From Utricularia gibba (lineage: Eukaryota > Plantae > Magnoliophyta), in the NCBI GenBank assembly GCA_002189035.1, contig CM007991.1, positions 310,001 to 374,000 on the forward strand: a stretch of DNA of 64,000 bases, in the 5' to 3' direction. This document shows positions 41,601 through 55,556 of the stretch, piece by piece. Every line of letters begins with the position of its first letter. The first letter of the stretch is position 1. A program made the position numbers and the translations under genes. Below the pieces are notes generated by a model. The model was not told the DNA's origin, did no database searches, and saw only the letters and a program-made list of their open reading frames with translations.

Positions 41601-42191
41601 TCGGTTCACAGGATCATCATTACTTGAATTGATTGTCCACATCGTCATTACAACCTGGGAGAGTTGGATGGTCAGAATCTGCATCAGCAGCCATGGAAAT
41701 GGAAGTGGAAATTGGCAACGTGTTTTTCTTGATCCACACATCTGAAAACGACCCTGAAGAAGAAGAAGGAATTCCGGGTGCCCTCGCGTCAAACATCTGC
41801 CGCTTTGGACCTTGAGTCGGCACGGCACAGCAATGGCGGACGGATTCCAGCGAAAGAATGCCAAGTCCAAGAAGCAGTTGCTTCGAGCATCATTCAGGCA
41901 TTGAGAAACTTCCTCGAGTCCCAGTGCATACAGCATACAATTCATACTTCATAGTCATAGCACCAAGGCATGATGATGCTGCTGTGATTTCTTTATGTTA
42001 CCCCAGTGAGGTAAAAAAGAGAGTTATTCGGCAGCAACTTGTGTGTGTGACTCAAGAAAAATATGCGTTAAAGAAAAGCTCTGATACATCCAAAACCTTC
42101 ACATGACATAGAAATGGACTTCACACTTTACCAAAAAAAAAAACGAAGGAAATGACTGTTCCGTCCCCATTCAGATGCATGCATGTTAAAA

Positions 42192-42905
42192 AACACGTGG
42201 AGCGCCGCGCCAGCGTGTGATGTAATTATTAACAAATTTACTTATCCATATTTTTAATAAAAAAATTAATATCACAATATGATGTTATTTACTACCACTT
42301 TATTTCAATATTAAACATGAAAGTAAATAAAAATTAAAGTATATTTAAAAACCCCATTTATTATTTTCTTCTTTAAAAAAAAAGTTCTCTCACTATGAAT
42401 GCCGAAAAGAACCCGAGTAAATTACCATAATATGAAGATAATTTTTTCAAACACCCCAACTTTTTATTTATTTCACAAATAAAATTAATTTTTTTTTAAA
42501 AATATTTTTTTAAAATCAGAAAATAAGTGAACTAAAAAATCACAACAAAACGAAGAATCCCAAGAATTACTGAATGAATATGGAAGAAATTTAAAATTTT
42601 ATTTTTAATTAATGATATTAGGGATCTTGTTTTGAATAAATTAAGTTACGTATGCACTAGATATTTAAGGTATTAAAGAAATAATTAAGTTAGCTTATTT
42701 TTAAAATAAGTAATTAAGTTAAATTACCAATACTAATGTAAACCAAAAGTAAAATGTAAAAAAAAAAATGAATACTTGAGATAAATTATTGGTAATAAAA
42801 AACCTAAATGAAGTTACATTATAGCAAAAATAATATTTTGACAACTTACCAGGATGGACCCCTCCATCAGTGCCGTGCGGTGGCCGGCGGTCATAGTCAT
42901 ATATA
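42192..42905 (+). promoter_or_regulatory. LOX promoter candidates: G-box CACGTG (~42194) and TATATA (42900-42905)
   Basis: Motifs read directly; TATATA is ~85 nt upstream of the LOX ATG. A functional role is inferred only. Confidence 0.4.
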
Positions 42906-42984
42906 GGTCACCGGATTCAGACCTTCCATCAGACTTCCTTCCAATACGAAGCTCCTGTCAATTACAGCTGTGCGCAACCACGAT

Positions 42985-45900
42985 ATGGCTCTGCTGCTCA
43001 AGGACACCTTCGCCGCCGTGGGCGGAGCTGGTGGCCGTTCACCTTTCCTTGGTGTGTCAAGGCGGGAAACGGCGTTCTTCGCCCCGGGGTGGGGAGGAGG
43101 GTGCAGCAGGGGGGGTCAGGCTGAAGAAAAAGAAGAAGAAGGGGACTACGACAACTCCTGTTGCAGCCATAAGCGAGGATTTGGATTTGGAGTTGGTGAA
43201 GGGCTTTGAGGAGGGAAAGGTGGGAAACTGAAGGTGAGGGCTACGGTGGTGGTGAGAAACAAGAAGAAGGAAGAGCTGAAGGAGGCGTTTGTGAAGCATC
43301 TCGATGCCTTGGGTGACAGGATCGGCCGGAATGTTGTTCTTCAGCTTGTCAGCCTGCATATTGATCCCAGTAAGTGGTAAATGAAATTAATCAAGGAATG
43401 AACCCACCTATTTTTGGACTGAAAACTTGGTGTTTGATCAGGAACCAAAGCTCCAATGAAGAGCAATGAAGCAGCTCTCAAGGACTGGTCCTCGAAATCA
43501 CTCCAGAAAACGGAGAGGGTGAGCTACACGGCGGAGTTTGTGGTAGATTCCAGCTTCGGCGTCCCCGGTGCAATCACGGTGGTAAATAAGCATCAGCAGG
43601 AGTTCTTTCTCGAAAGCATCACTATTGAAGATTTTGCCTGCGGGCCACTCCATTTTTCCTGCAATTCTTGGGTTCAACCGAAAACCAAAGATTACCCAGG
43701 AAAGAGAATTTTCTTCTCTAATCAGGTAAGCCAAGTTGGGGGCACCTCTCCTTGCAGATAAAAGCAGTCAAATCTGAAACCATATAACCTTCTTTATTTT
43801 TGGGCAGCCCTATTTGCCGGATGAAACTCCACAGGGGTTGAGGGCTTTTAGAGAAAGGGAGCTTAGAGACCTTCGAGGAGACGGGCGTGGAGAGCGGAAG
43901 TTGTCTGACAGAATCTACGACTTTGATGTGTACAATGATCTTGGAAATCCAGACAAGGGGATTGATTTTGAACGGCCAACTCTCGGCGGCAACAAGATCC
44001 CATATCCTCGGCGCTGTAGAACAGGGCGCCCAGCAACCTTTACCGGTAAAGAAAAAGCCTACTTTTCCCTTCCCTGCTTATTCTGTACTTTCTGTATAAA
44101 AACTCATTCAAATTACATCGTCTGCTAACCAGATTTTAATGCTGAGAGCCGAGTGGAGAAGCCAGCTCCGATGTACGTTCCGAGGGACGAGCAGTTTGAG
44201 GAGTCAAAGATGAATGCTTTCAGAACCGGCAGGCTGAAGGCCGTACTACATAATCTCATACCTTCGCTAATGGCTAGCATCTCCACTGCTAACAAGGATT
44301 TTAAGGCCTTCTCAGACATTGATAGCCTGTACAGTGAAGGGCTCCTCCTCAAACTAGGCCTGCAGGATGAGATTTTGAACAAAATTCCGATGCCAAATGC
44401 AGTTAAAAGTATTCAACAGGGCACCCTTCTCAAATATGACATTCCAAGGATTCTAGCAAGTGGGTACTCCTTACCTCCAATACTCTTCTTCGATGAAAAC
44501 TGGTTGTTTGCACTGCTGAAATGCTGCTCATGTTGATGGCATGGAAATAGATGATAAATATGCGTGGTTACGAGATGATGAATTCGCTCGGCAAGCTGTA
44601 GCAGGCGTGAATCCGGTTAGCATAGAGAGGCTTCGAGTTTTCCCACCGGTGTGCAAGCTGGACCCAAAAATCTATGGACCACAAGAATCGGCTCTTAAAG
44701 AAGAGCACATTGCAGGTCAACTTAACGGGATGACTGTGAAAGAGGTGAGTCAGTCACACCCATCAGGACTAGTGCATCAGTGACATGATCCAACATAAAG
44801 AATCATTTTTCTTGCAGGCATTGGAAGCTGGCAAACTGTTCATCATAGATTACCATGACGTGTACTTGCCGTTCATCGATCGAATCAATGCCCTCGACGG
44901 TAGAAAAGCATACGCAACACGCAGCATATTCTTCTTGACAGATTTAGGGACACTGAAACCTCTCGCCATTGAACTCGCTCTACCATCCGCAACCACCTCT
45001 TCACCGTCAAAGCGTGTGATCACAGCACCTGTTGACGCTACAACTTATTGGAAGTGGCAGTTAGCCAAAGCCCACGTCTGTGCCAATGACGCTGGAGTTC
45101 ATCAGCTAGTAAACCACTGGTACGCATGTTCAGCCACCATCAAGCTAACATCTATCAAGAAACCATTTTCATCCATCCGTTTTCCAGGCTACGCACTCAT
45201 GCCACCATGGAGCCCTTCATACTGGCAGCGCACAGGCAGCTGAGTGCAATGCACCCAATTTTCAAACTGTTGGATCCACACATGAGATACACGTTAGAAA
45301 TAAACGCCTTAGCTCGCCAAAGCTTGATCAGCGTCGAAGGAGTCATAGAATCCTGCTTCACCCCCGGCCGATACTGCATGGAGATCAGCGCTGCCGCCTA
45401 CAAAAGCTGGCGATTCGATCAAGAAGGCCTCCCCGCCGATCTCATCAGAAGGTGCGTTTCACCGCGTCGTCTTTTGCTCTAGGTCACCGTTAATAATCGA
45501 CTGATTTACCTTCAATTTGGTCAGAGGAATGGCGGAACCAGATCCGAAGGAGCCGTACGGGTTAAAGCTGACTTTGCCGGATTATCCGTACGCCACCGAT
45601 GGGCTGATGATATGGGCCGCAATTGAGGAATGGGTCGGAACCTACGTGGCTCATTACTATCGAGACCCGGCCCAAATATGCAACGACAGGGAACTTCAGG
45701 CCTGGTATGAAGAGTCCGTAAACGTGGGCCACGGCGACCTCCGCCACGCGGAGTGGTGGCCCACATTGGCCACCCCACAAGACCTAGCCTCGATTCTGAC
45801 GACAATCATCTGGTTGGCCTCCGCGCAGCACGCCGCCCTGAACTTCGGACAGTTCCCTTACGGTGGCTACGTTCCTAACCGGCCGCCGTTGATGCGCCGT

Positions 45901-46281
45901 CTGATTCCCGACGAGAACGACGCCGAGTACGCAGTGTTCATGACGGATCCACAGAAATATTTCTTGTCCGCGTTGCCGAGTCTGCTGCAGGCGACGAAAT
46001 ACATGGCGGTGGTGGATACGCTGTCGACGCATTCCCCCGACGAGGAATATCTTGGGGAGAGGAATCACCAGTCAATCTGGTCCGGCGACGCCGCCGTGAT
46101 CGAAGCGTTTTATAAATTCTCGGCAGAGATCCGGAGAATCGAGAAGGAGATCGAGGCTCGGAACTCGAACCCGAACCTCAGACACAGATGTGGAGCTGGA
46201 GTCATACCGTACGAACTGCTCGCGCCCAGCTCCGAGCCTGGCGTCACGTGTCGCGGGGTACCCAACAGCGTGTCCATATGA
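42985..46281 (+). CDS. LOX3: Chloroplast 13-lipoxygenase (LOX3/LOX4 type), 8 exons; frameshifts in G-rich exon 1
   Basis: [62 protein letters not shown], iron ligands HQLVNHWLRTH and HAALNFGQ, C-terminal PNSVSI. Confidence 0.94.
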
Positions 46282-46953
46282 CAAACAAGCGAAAAATGTT
46301 GTACAACCATAGAGAGTCAGCCAATGATTAGTATTTGGTAGAGCATTTGAATACGCTGCTGTTTGATGTTTCATTGTTGAGGCAAAACAATCTGCATGTA
46401 TGTTTCGTGTACGGTCGCCACATCCCTACAGAAAAGAGTGTTATTTCCATGGAACACAACAAATGCGTGGGACACCTATGCATTTTCATATTTAAGACCA
46501 AGTTCAAAAATCGAAATTCGGAAAAAAAAAAAAAAAAGTGGATTCCGCTCAAGATGCTTAGGTGGCGGTTTGGAGCACAATACACTGATAAAAGTGGGGG
46601 GATATATTACCAACCATGCGCTAAACCACTCCACCAAACCAATCAAAGTTAATTCCACAATCGATGGTGTGTGTGCATTTACCATTGAACTCTGAATACT
46701 TCAAGAGATGACCATTGTTGCAACTCATATAAACATTGCAGTATAAACAGAAATCGCATAACCAATACAACGATGCAAGTACCTTTTCCTGCATCAAGTG
46801 ATCAGTGAAGAAATCCGCACCTACTTGGAAGCTGTCCATTACGTCATTGGGATCAGCTTTTTATGCCAGCTCTCAAGATGTGCGCAAGGACACATGGTGG
46901 CAACACAAAACAAGAGCTCAAACACACTGGGAGGGGACGCGAATGCATTTCCT

Positions 46954-49900
46954 TTAAAGCAAGCTTATGGTATCCGTCGTTAGATTTGGAAAGTAGTGAA
47001 CACGAGTTACGAACTCGGTTTTCCTTGGGGAGTTACCAAGGAGACTATGCAGAAGGGGTGGAGGACTTGATGTTGATTGAAGCATTTTTCGGGAGATGAT
47101 GTGGCTATCCGCCGTCATTGTCTCCAACAAACGCCGGCAGCTCTGCAAGAAGCATGATAGTATGCGAAAGTAGAAATAAACTGCACCCGGCAAGTAACTT
47201 AATAAGGGAGACAACTTTCAGTGTAAACAAAATGAAAAGATTACTGCATGTGTAATTCCTGTTTTCGGAGAAGAAAGAGGGAAAGAAAATAGCTTCCAAG
47301 GCCGGAAGATCATTGCGTACCTGAGGATTCAACCCCTGCATCTGATTTATGATGCTATCCTGGAGGTACAAGGAGAGAGAAACAATGTGAGTCATGTAAC
47401 TTCTAGAAGAATCAATGATAAACTGGACCATCAAACAAGCCATTGCCCAAAGAATATCATACCTCCAGTATCCCTGGATTTTGAAACACAATTCCAAGAA
47501 CACGACATCTCAACCGCTCGTACAATGAGGAGCCATCTTTATTGACCCATGGCAGTAGTGGCTTGCGGTTAGGCAGGAGTTCTTCACCGTTATCAACTTC
47601 GTTGATTTCAAGAGGATCAGCGATAGAATGTTGAAGGCCTTTGGTTGAATCATTTACCAAGGATTCAGGTTGTGTTGATCCAGAAAGATTTAGAATAGTG
47701 ATACGGTGCACATCAGCATCATTCACATTCTCTGAGGCAGCAGCTATCTCATCATGGTCAGGGGTGCGACGGTACTCATTTTCAACTTTCCCATCTAAAC
47801 GTGTAAAGATAACATTTCCTTGATCATGCGCGTGCATCAAGAAATATTTAGAACAGTACAAAGCATCTACCACTCGAAATTCATCATAGGCATTAACCTG
47901 CCATTTGAAAAGACAATATACTCTAGTTAGGTCATCTTACCACAATATTCTGCTGTTCAGAAATTAAAAAAAAAATAATGAATGAATCTAAACAAACCTT
48001 CAAAACTCTGCCAAATGTTCCAAGGACCTCAACAATAATTTCCAAAAGGGCCGCATCTGTAAGAGAAGATGGATGCATACCACATTTTTGCAGAACATTC
48101 TGTATTTCCTTAAAGCTCAAACCATTATCTCCAGACCTCTGAATGGCTGAATATAAAACTCTGAACAAGTCTGGATGAAGAGACGCTTCTTCTCTTTTGG
48201 GAGAACATGAAGCAATCAAATATTCGGAATAACTGGACATCTTTTCCCAAGGTGATTCACCCACAATCTCAGGAAGGTCTGCATTCGCAGAATTTCCAAA
48301 CCCCACCACACAACCAGTTGTATCGGAACACAAAGAAGTGGAGTTTAGCTGTAAACTGGGTCCAGGACTCATTTGATCAATTCCGGATAAAGATGAAGCA
48401 CAGCCCACCGAACTATGATTAAACAATTTGATGGCAAAAGATCTTGAAATTGTTTCAAAGAGCAAGCAGAGCCTTATTCCAGGAAATCCTTTTTCTCGGC
48501 GAGAAATAATCTCACCCTCCACAGGAAATGATGTCCTTGGTCTTTTAGATACTTGATCATCATCTTCACCTGTACAACATTTACGCTTGGAAGTTCTTGT
48601 ATCTTCTGCTTCTCCAATACCATCATCAGGCAAGTAGGGAGAAATGGAGAGTTCACCGGAACAAAGCATAGCGCAGAGTATAAAAACTTCACCACACTGA
48701 ATATCTGATGGAACATCAATCCCTTCATCAATCAAATCTTTTTCTCTTTCATGAAGCCAGGAATCAAACTTGGCAGCTCTTGTTCCCGTATCCTTGGGAA
48801 GTAAAGAGAGTGAAATAGTATCAAAAAAATGCCGTGACAATGAAAAAGAACTACCAGAGGTGCCACCAATCTGCAGAAGTAAAGCAGTTTGATAAGTAAC
48901 AACCCATTGCATAATTGAAGAAACATGACAGGAAAAAATGTATAGAAAAAAGAGGAATGAAAAGGCTTTACTAGCCACAGGGAAGCCAAAATAACGAAGT
49001 TCATACTTACAATCATTTTCTTTTCTCTCAGATAGTCAAAAGCAGCATATAGATCATTCTCAGCATAATGCCTTAGTGTTTTTGCCAGCAAAACTGGCAA
49101 TTCGGTATCTTTCTTGTTGCTTAAGAAGACAAGCTTAAATAGTTCCATAGCATTCGCTATTGCCACTGAATCACGAATCTTGCAGCCAGTACCTGGATGC
49201 ATTGACTCCAAGTCCATCATATTTTTGTGCCTAAGAACATCATTAAGGGCTACGCTGATAGCATTCTCCTCAAAATTAGCCCACTTTTCACGCATAGGAA
49301 TCAATGCACGAAAATCTTCAGCTGAATGTTTGCCAGTTCTCTTTTGAGAACCATCATGGATCAGTATCTTTTCCCCTGACATCTCTAGGTGTTTTGCATA
49401 TTGATCCGCAAGCAAATTACACAATTTCATCAAAGAATCACGAAAAGGAACATGACGATTCAGTAGAGAAATTCTGCTTTTGCAGGCAGCAGGAGCAGCG
49501 GGAAGATTTGAAATTGAAGCCCAATTCACACAGTTAAATTTTGGTCCATGAGCAGCTCGTTGTGTGGCGTATTCAATCACGAGTTGTCTGCAACGTATTG
49601 ACATATAATTACATATTATAACCAGAAAGTAACATAGAAAAAGCATCATGATTCCACACAGTAATGCAATCTCAACTAAAAAGAATTATGACGATCCAAC
49701 CTGTCACACTCTTCCGTCCAGAAAAATTTTTTCTTGCTCATTGTGGCCATACTTGACAGTGACAATTTTTTGTTGGATCTATAGGTGTCCTCGTCCTCCC
49801 TGTCAAATGCTAGAACCGAGGTGCCTTCTTCACTACTTTGTAACTTTAAATCAAAATCTCCGGACAAATATGAGCCATCTTCGTCAATGTTTTGCTCACA

Positions 49901-52900
49901 ACCTAATAATGGATCAACACAATTTGAAGTACTGGATCTTTTTAAGATCAGTTTATTGGAACACCTTTTCCTTTTATGTGAAGATAATTTACGTTCACAT
50001 ATAGCAGTCATAAACTCTTGACCCTTGGTCTCCCCATATCTCTGCAATCTGGTATGCTGCCTCTTGTCATAATAAACACGAAGAATCTGCAGTCACACCC
50101 AAAGTCGTTAACGTACATACCAAAGCTAATAACTAAAAGTGAAACGTTAGATGAAGTCACCAAGCGGGCAACACCTATCAATAAAAAAATATTAAGAATT
50201 TCTGCTACATACCAATAGAAAAAAGAAATTGATACATAATTATTCACTACACAAGGTGGAAATTAGAATCTTGAATATTACCTGTCCATCAATTCCTAGT
50301 CCTACTACCAAGGCAGCGACAAATGCTAATGTTACTAAGTGGGAATCATGTGGACGTGATCGAGAGATAAAGATCTGAAGTTAAACAACCTGTTCCATGG
50401 TGACATTAAGATCCTCCGCAATCTTTTCACACTCATTAAGAGAAAGCTTTGTGTTTAAATCATATTCTGCTACGCGTTTGATAAGTTCTCCCCGCAGCTC
50501 AGATGTCAAAGCCAGGGAAGGTGTCCAGGATTTGGATCGGAATACCTGAAATAAAGCTTCAATTAACTTTTGGTAGAGACACAATGAAAAAAGCAAAAAT
50601 AAACTAAAAGCATGACCATTGAATATAAAATTGCAACTCAAAATACTCTTAACATATCCACAATCATTAGCATCCTTGTAGTACGGAAAACCTATGATGT
50701 CTAGGGTTCAAACCCTGAATATGAAACATATGGTTTCTTTCTCGAAATAAAAACAAAAAAAAGATGCCCAAGACGGCATTATCTGCCACCCTGAACATAT
50801 TTCTTTTCTCTTGAATCATAGGAATTTTGAAGTGGTTCAAGGGCCACTACATTACACATGAATATGTGGTCCCATCATTGCATCCACTTTACTAACTAGT
50901 TTCCACTTAATTCAACGAAGGGAAAAGATAACTTGTCATCCAGAGTTCATTCATATAAACTAAAAAAGTGAGGAGCGAACAAACCTCACAAACTGCAGAT
51001 CCTGGAAATGCAAGTAAGGCACTTCTCGGTTTAGCTACAGCATAGCAATACTCCAAAGTATTCCAGTATTCATGAACTGCCATTTTACTTGTAAGAAGAA
51101 AGTCATGTCTGACTTGCGGGCGTAGGTCAACAGGAAAAGAACAAGACGATGGTATCAATGAAACTGGCTCCTCAATGTAAGGTTTAAATTCAAGGGCATA
51201 TGTTAAAGTAGTGGAAAGGCCGTGGCATCCATCATCTGAGTCACTGTTGCTTCCAAGACGAATCAACTGGTTAAATTGACAAAACAGCACATCAAAAAGG
51301 TGAATGAAGAAAAACAAATTTGTGGAGCACCTATTTGATAGAAGGAAAAAAAAAACTCACTGTTTTACTGGGGAGACTAGCAAAACATAAAAATGAATAC
51401 TGAAAAATTGCCTTTTAGACATTTTACCTTCAATCGAAGCAATATATAAATTAGCTTTGATAATCTCCCAGTGGCTTGAGTGTCCATCATGCTTCTATAT
51501 TCCTCAACAGGAAGACTAGACAACAACAAACCATCTCCATATTTGCTGACTGCATTTCCATAATTTTTAGTAGACCCTACTATCTGTAAGAATAACTCAA
51601 GAGGCATGGACTGAATGGCTGTATAAAGGTCAAAAAACATGTGACTGCTGTGAAGATTTTTCCAATCAGAAAAATTGTTACTATGAAGTGAAGCATCAAC
51701 CAAACTGGGTGAACTGCGAATCCAATCCCAAAGAAATAAATGAAACAGCTTTGTCCGAACCATTTTTCCCATCACAAATCCATTAACACGCAAAGCTTCC
51801 AGATATGTTGACTTGTCATCTGTCCTGACAGTACTTGGAATCCTCTGCACATTACCCACAGGAGGGGTGGATTTGAACTTCTTTTGCTTACGTAATTGGA
51901 TACTAGATAATCTTATCTTTTCATGAAACTGATACCATAGTTCAGGTGAGACTCTACAAGAAGGGAGGAGAACCATATACGCTGTCTTGTTGCTGCTACA
52001 GTTTGTATCAGCAGGGATGCTCACAGTCATGCATTTACAATGGCCTTCCAGCTGAAGTTTATTAAGGATGCGCTCTAAGGTTTTGCGATCCATTGTAGTG
52101 TTCTTCTCCTTATCATGCTCATTCAGGCGTCTAAGGAGCTCATAACTTGTGAGAAACTTCTCTTCCTTTTCAAAAAAAAATAAAGAGAACATGAGAAATT
52201 TAGTGAGCAATGGAAGCAAATTTGGAGGGGCATGGGAGAACCTGCAAAATATTAATTATGAGCTGCTCTCTCAGTATGCTAGCTGCAGACACAGCAAAAC
52301 GAGGATATTTACGATTTGCTCTTTTCCTAGAATAGGTTACAGCGGCAAGATCCTGTGACCCTGATTGAGGATAGCTTTCCATGGATGTAGTAACCTTAAA
52401 CGAGTCTCCAGAAGAAACTCCAACAGGGTCTGGAAGATCGCATAAGGAAGTAATATTATATTTTTCATGTACAGTTTGGCCTTTGACAGATTCATCCGTT
52501 GCCACCATATTTTTTTCAGTTTCTATTGTACTTCCAGGAGTGAAGTCAATGGCAGAGTTATCAAGTGACTTTATAAATTGAGGATGCTCCACAGTGGTGT
52601 CACCATGCATGTCAAGTGGATTATAGTCATTGCTATCTTGATGAACGCTCCCTCTGTCAATCATTGGCGTGTTGCATGATGGGCTGTAATTGTTAGGTGT
52701 CCAAACTCGGTAGACCTCAGATCTATTCTGGCCTTCTGGCTGCAAATACAATCCAAATCTAGCGACCATTTGCTGAAAATATCGTTTATGGTACTCCTTA
52801 ATGCATAACCCAAGCCTTTTGCAAACCTATACACCCATAAAATAATAATATTAGCACATCAAAAATACTGTAACACCAGGGCAGATCTCTTTTCCAGATC

Positions 52901-55457
52901 AGAAACAATTCATCTGTACGGAAAACATCCCAAATTGGGTTATTAAGAAATTGACAAACTTGCAGTTTTAATCTTAGGACAACACCACAGTACGCTTTTC
53001 ATAGGATCAGATACTGCAGTCAAAACTCATCCTGTATGACAATTCATACAACCAACATCTACATTCAAACCACGATCAACTGAGTCAAAAATTTTTTAAA
53101 ACAAATCAGACAGCTTCAAGAATGGCAAGATTCCAAACTTGTAAGTTCAAGTGCATAGCGAACCTCAGGTGTGCCTGACCACCAAATATGTCATAAAATT
53201 TTATAAAAATAAATCCTTTGTACTTCATTCCCCATTTAAAATCAAGCAGTAAATGAATTTCACGAAAATTTGACAAAGAAAAGAAGAAGGCAAACAGGGA
53301 AAGGACAATGATCCCTCAATACTTTCAATTTACAGATGATCAATGATCGTGTTGTGGAAAAACGACAGAAGAACAGGACGGAAATATGCATATGATGAAA
53401 GCAAACCATGGACTTGTGAAATTCTTTTGGCTGAAGTAATTGTATTTACTTCTGTATTAGTCAAGCCCCTTGATCCAGCAGCATCAATTATATCATATAT
53501 CTGCCGCAAAATGGGGAGTTCTACAACTTGTTCTGTAATTTGCCCTCTCTTCAACAAATTGATGGGCTCATTGGTCTCATCATTGCAATGATCAGGATCC
53601 TGATTTTTTGACTCAAAATACGATGGAGAGAAACTCTGAACTAGGCGTATACAGGGAACCTCCTATGAAGGAAAAGGAAAGCATAATGAAGTAATATTTA
53701 AAAACAGAAAAAGGGGAAGTCATATTCATTGCAGCTTGCGTTACTTTCATATGCAAGACTGTTTCAGGTTGTAGGGGGTGTGGGTGGGGGAGAATCATAG
53801 GGTCATCATTGCTGCAAACCCGAATATAATTGACAGAGACAGTATGATAAAGTTGAAAAAAACCTGTAACATATCTACAGTGATAATTGAATTATTTTGT
53901 ATGCCATTCATACACAAGAAAATGTGGTAACGATCAAGCCCACACTATCCTGGTCTAGATGAGAATAAGTATTGCTACAGCATATTCTCAAGGATAATTT
54001 CATTCACGATCACAGGTCAATAAATGAAAGAAATGGAAACAAGTCATTGGTCCACTACTATCTCTCGAAACAGTAGTATCAGAAAACCAGTCCGAGAATT
54101 CTTTCACTTCCTCAAATTAATGTATAAAACTAGACAAGTTGAATTAAGTGGAGCAGGCTCACCTTCTTGTTGATCATTGTACAGCACTCTTCCACTAACT
54201 GAGCATCTTTCATCCTGTTACATAACTAACAGCATATTGCATTGTAAACTCCAAAAAGAAAAGCGAATTTAAAATATAAGAATGTAAATGAAAACCTAAT
54301 CACATACATATCTCCAAGATCTATGCCCAGATTTCCCTTGATAACCTAGATCTCTTTTTAAATCTGAGACGACCAAAACCTTCATTGCAGAAAGCAAAAA
54401 AAAAAAAAAAAAAAAAAAAAAACAGTGAGCTGTAGTTTAAAAAGAAAATTGCGCCAAAACTTCAAATCTTCAACAAGGCTGACATTGTCCTTAGCGTTTT
54501 CAAGCTTGCAACAAATTTCTTTCATGGCAGGGAGAAAATCTTTGACAAGCACATCCTCTTTCCCAGCGGCTTGATTAAAATCATTACCACCATTCCTGTC
54601 TCCTTCTAAAACCTCCGGACTCCTCCAATTTGTATGCTCCCTAGTGATTTCAAGTCTCTGTTGACATCCAAGGTGCTCCCCATAACGATGTAAATATAGC
54701 ATATTAGTTGTTACAACTGAACAGTTATTGGGCTCTCTGCCCTTGGTGGCCTTTTTCTTCCGAATTATACTAGGCTTCCTCACAATCAACCCTTGTGTTT
54801 CAAGCCTTTTCAGTGGATAAGACAAATTGTTTGCAGGAATCCCTAACTCCTTAGTAAGATCATTTTGAGCCACGCCACTTGTCCTGAGACACACGTGCAC
54901 AAGCCTTAGCAGTAGCCTCAATAGCCGCCTCTTCAACACATTTTCTTCAGTTTTATCATTCAAATTCAAACTTTTCTAACAAGACAAGGTTTTGACACTT
55001 TTGACAGTTCTTCTCAACATCACAAACAAAAACAAACATCTCCAATAGAATCACATAAAAAGAAAAACCACATGAACAGAACAACAGCTGACCTAGCCAC
55101 TGCAAGGCGCTCGAGGATGCGACGTTGAGTCTCTGAAAGAAGAGTTTCTGATCCCTCTGTTTCGTAGATTCCGAGAAAACTTTTCCTCATAGCTTCAGGC
55201 GCTGTAACTTTGACGTTCATCTCTTCACACTCCTGAACAGTAAGTTTAACTAAATCCTCCGATGAGATTAAGCCCTCGAAATTAAGCCCTGGGACACGCA
55301 CGAGATTCTCCCATATCGCGCGCTTAACGTTTGGACAGACAGGAAGGCACTGGGAGTTGAGAGATGGAGCCAACTTGAGCCAGAGGACGCGAAGGTGGAG
55401 CCCCTGGGCGCCTTCGCAGCATATATTTTCTATCGCTGAGTGGACAACTGCGTCCAT
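46954..55457 (-). CDS. B-block-binding largest subunit of TFIIIC (GTF3C1/Tfc3 family), ~15 exons, frame apparently intact
   Basis: MDAVVHSAIENICCEG, ILERLAVAR/TSGVAQNDL, LETQGLIVRK, QIYDIIDAAGSRGL, MDRKTLERILNKL, RTKLFHLFLW, MPLELFLQIVG, FWTEECDR, RREKGFPGI, GLNPQ/SCRRLLETM, HYFPN at the C-terminus. Exons spliced by eye with consistent phases. Confidence 0.9.
54396..54422 (+). repeat. A27 homopolymer (intronic poly-T on the TFIIIC coding strand)
   Basis: Read directly. Confidence 0.85.
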
Positions 55458-55545
55458 ATCCCATCGGCCGCCGCCGCGCCGGTTGATCAGTTAGTTTGCG
55501 CGGGAATTTGATGCCGTCAATTGAATCAGAGAAATCCTAGGTCTG

Positions 55546-55556
55546 GGTTCGAATCA
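55546..55556 (+). promoter_or_regulatory. B-box-like motif GGTTCGAATCA about 90 nt upstream of the TFIIIC subunit start codon
   Basis: Full match to the core GTTCRANYC and 10/11 match to GGTTCGANYCC. No A-box or cloverleaf seen nearby. Confidence 0.4.
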
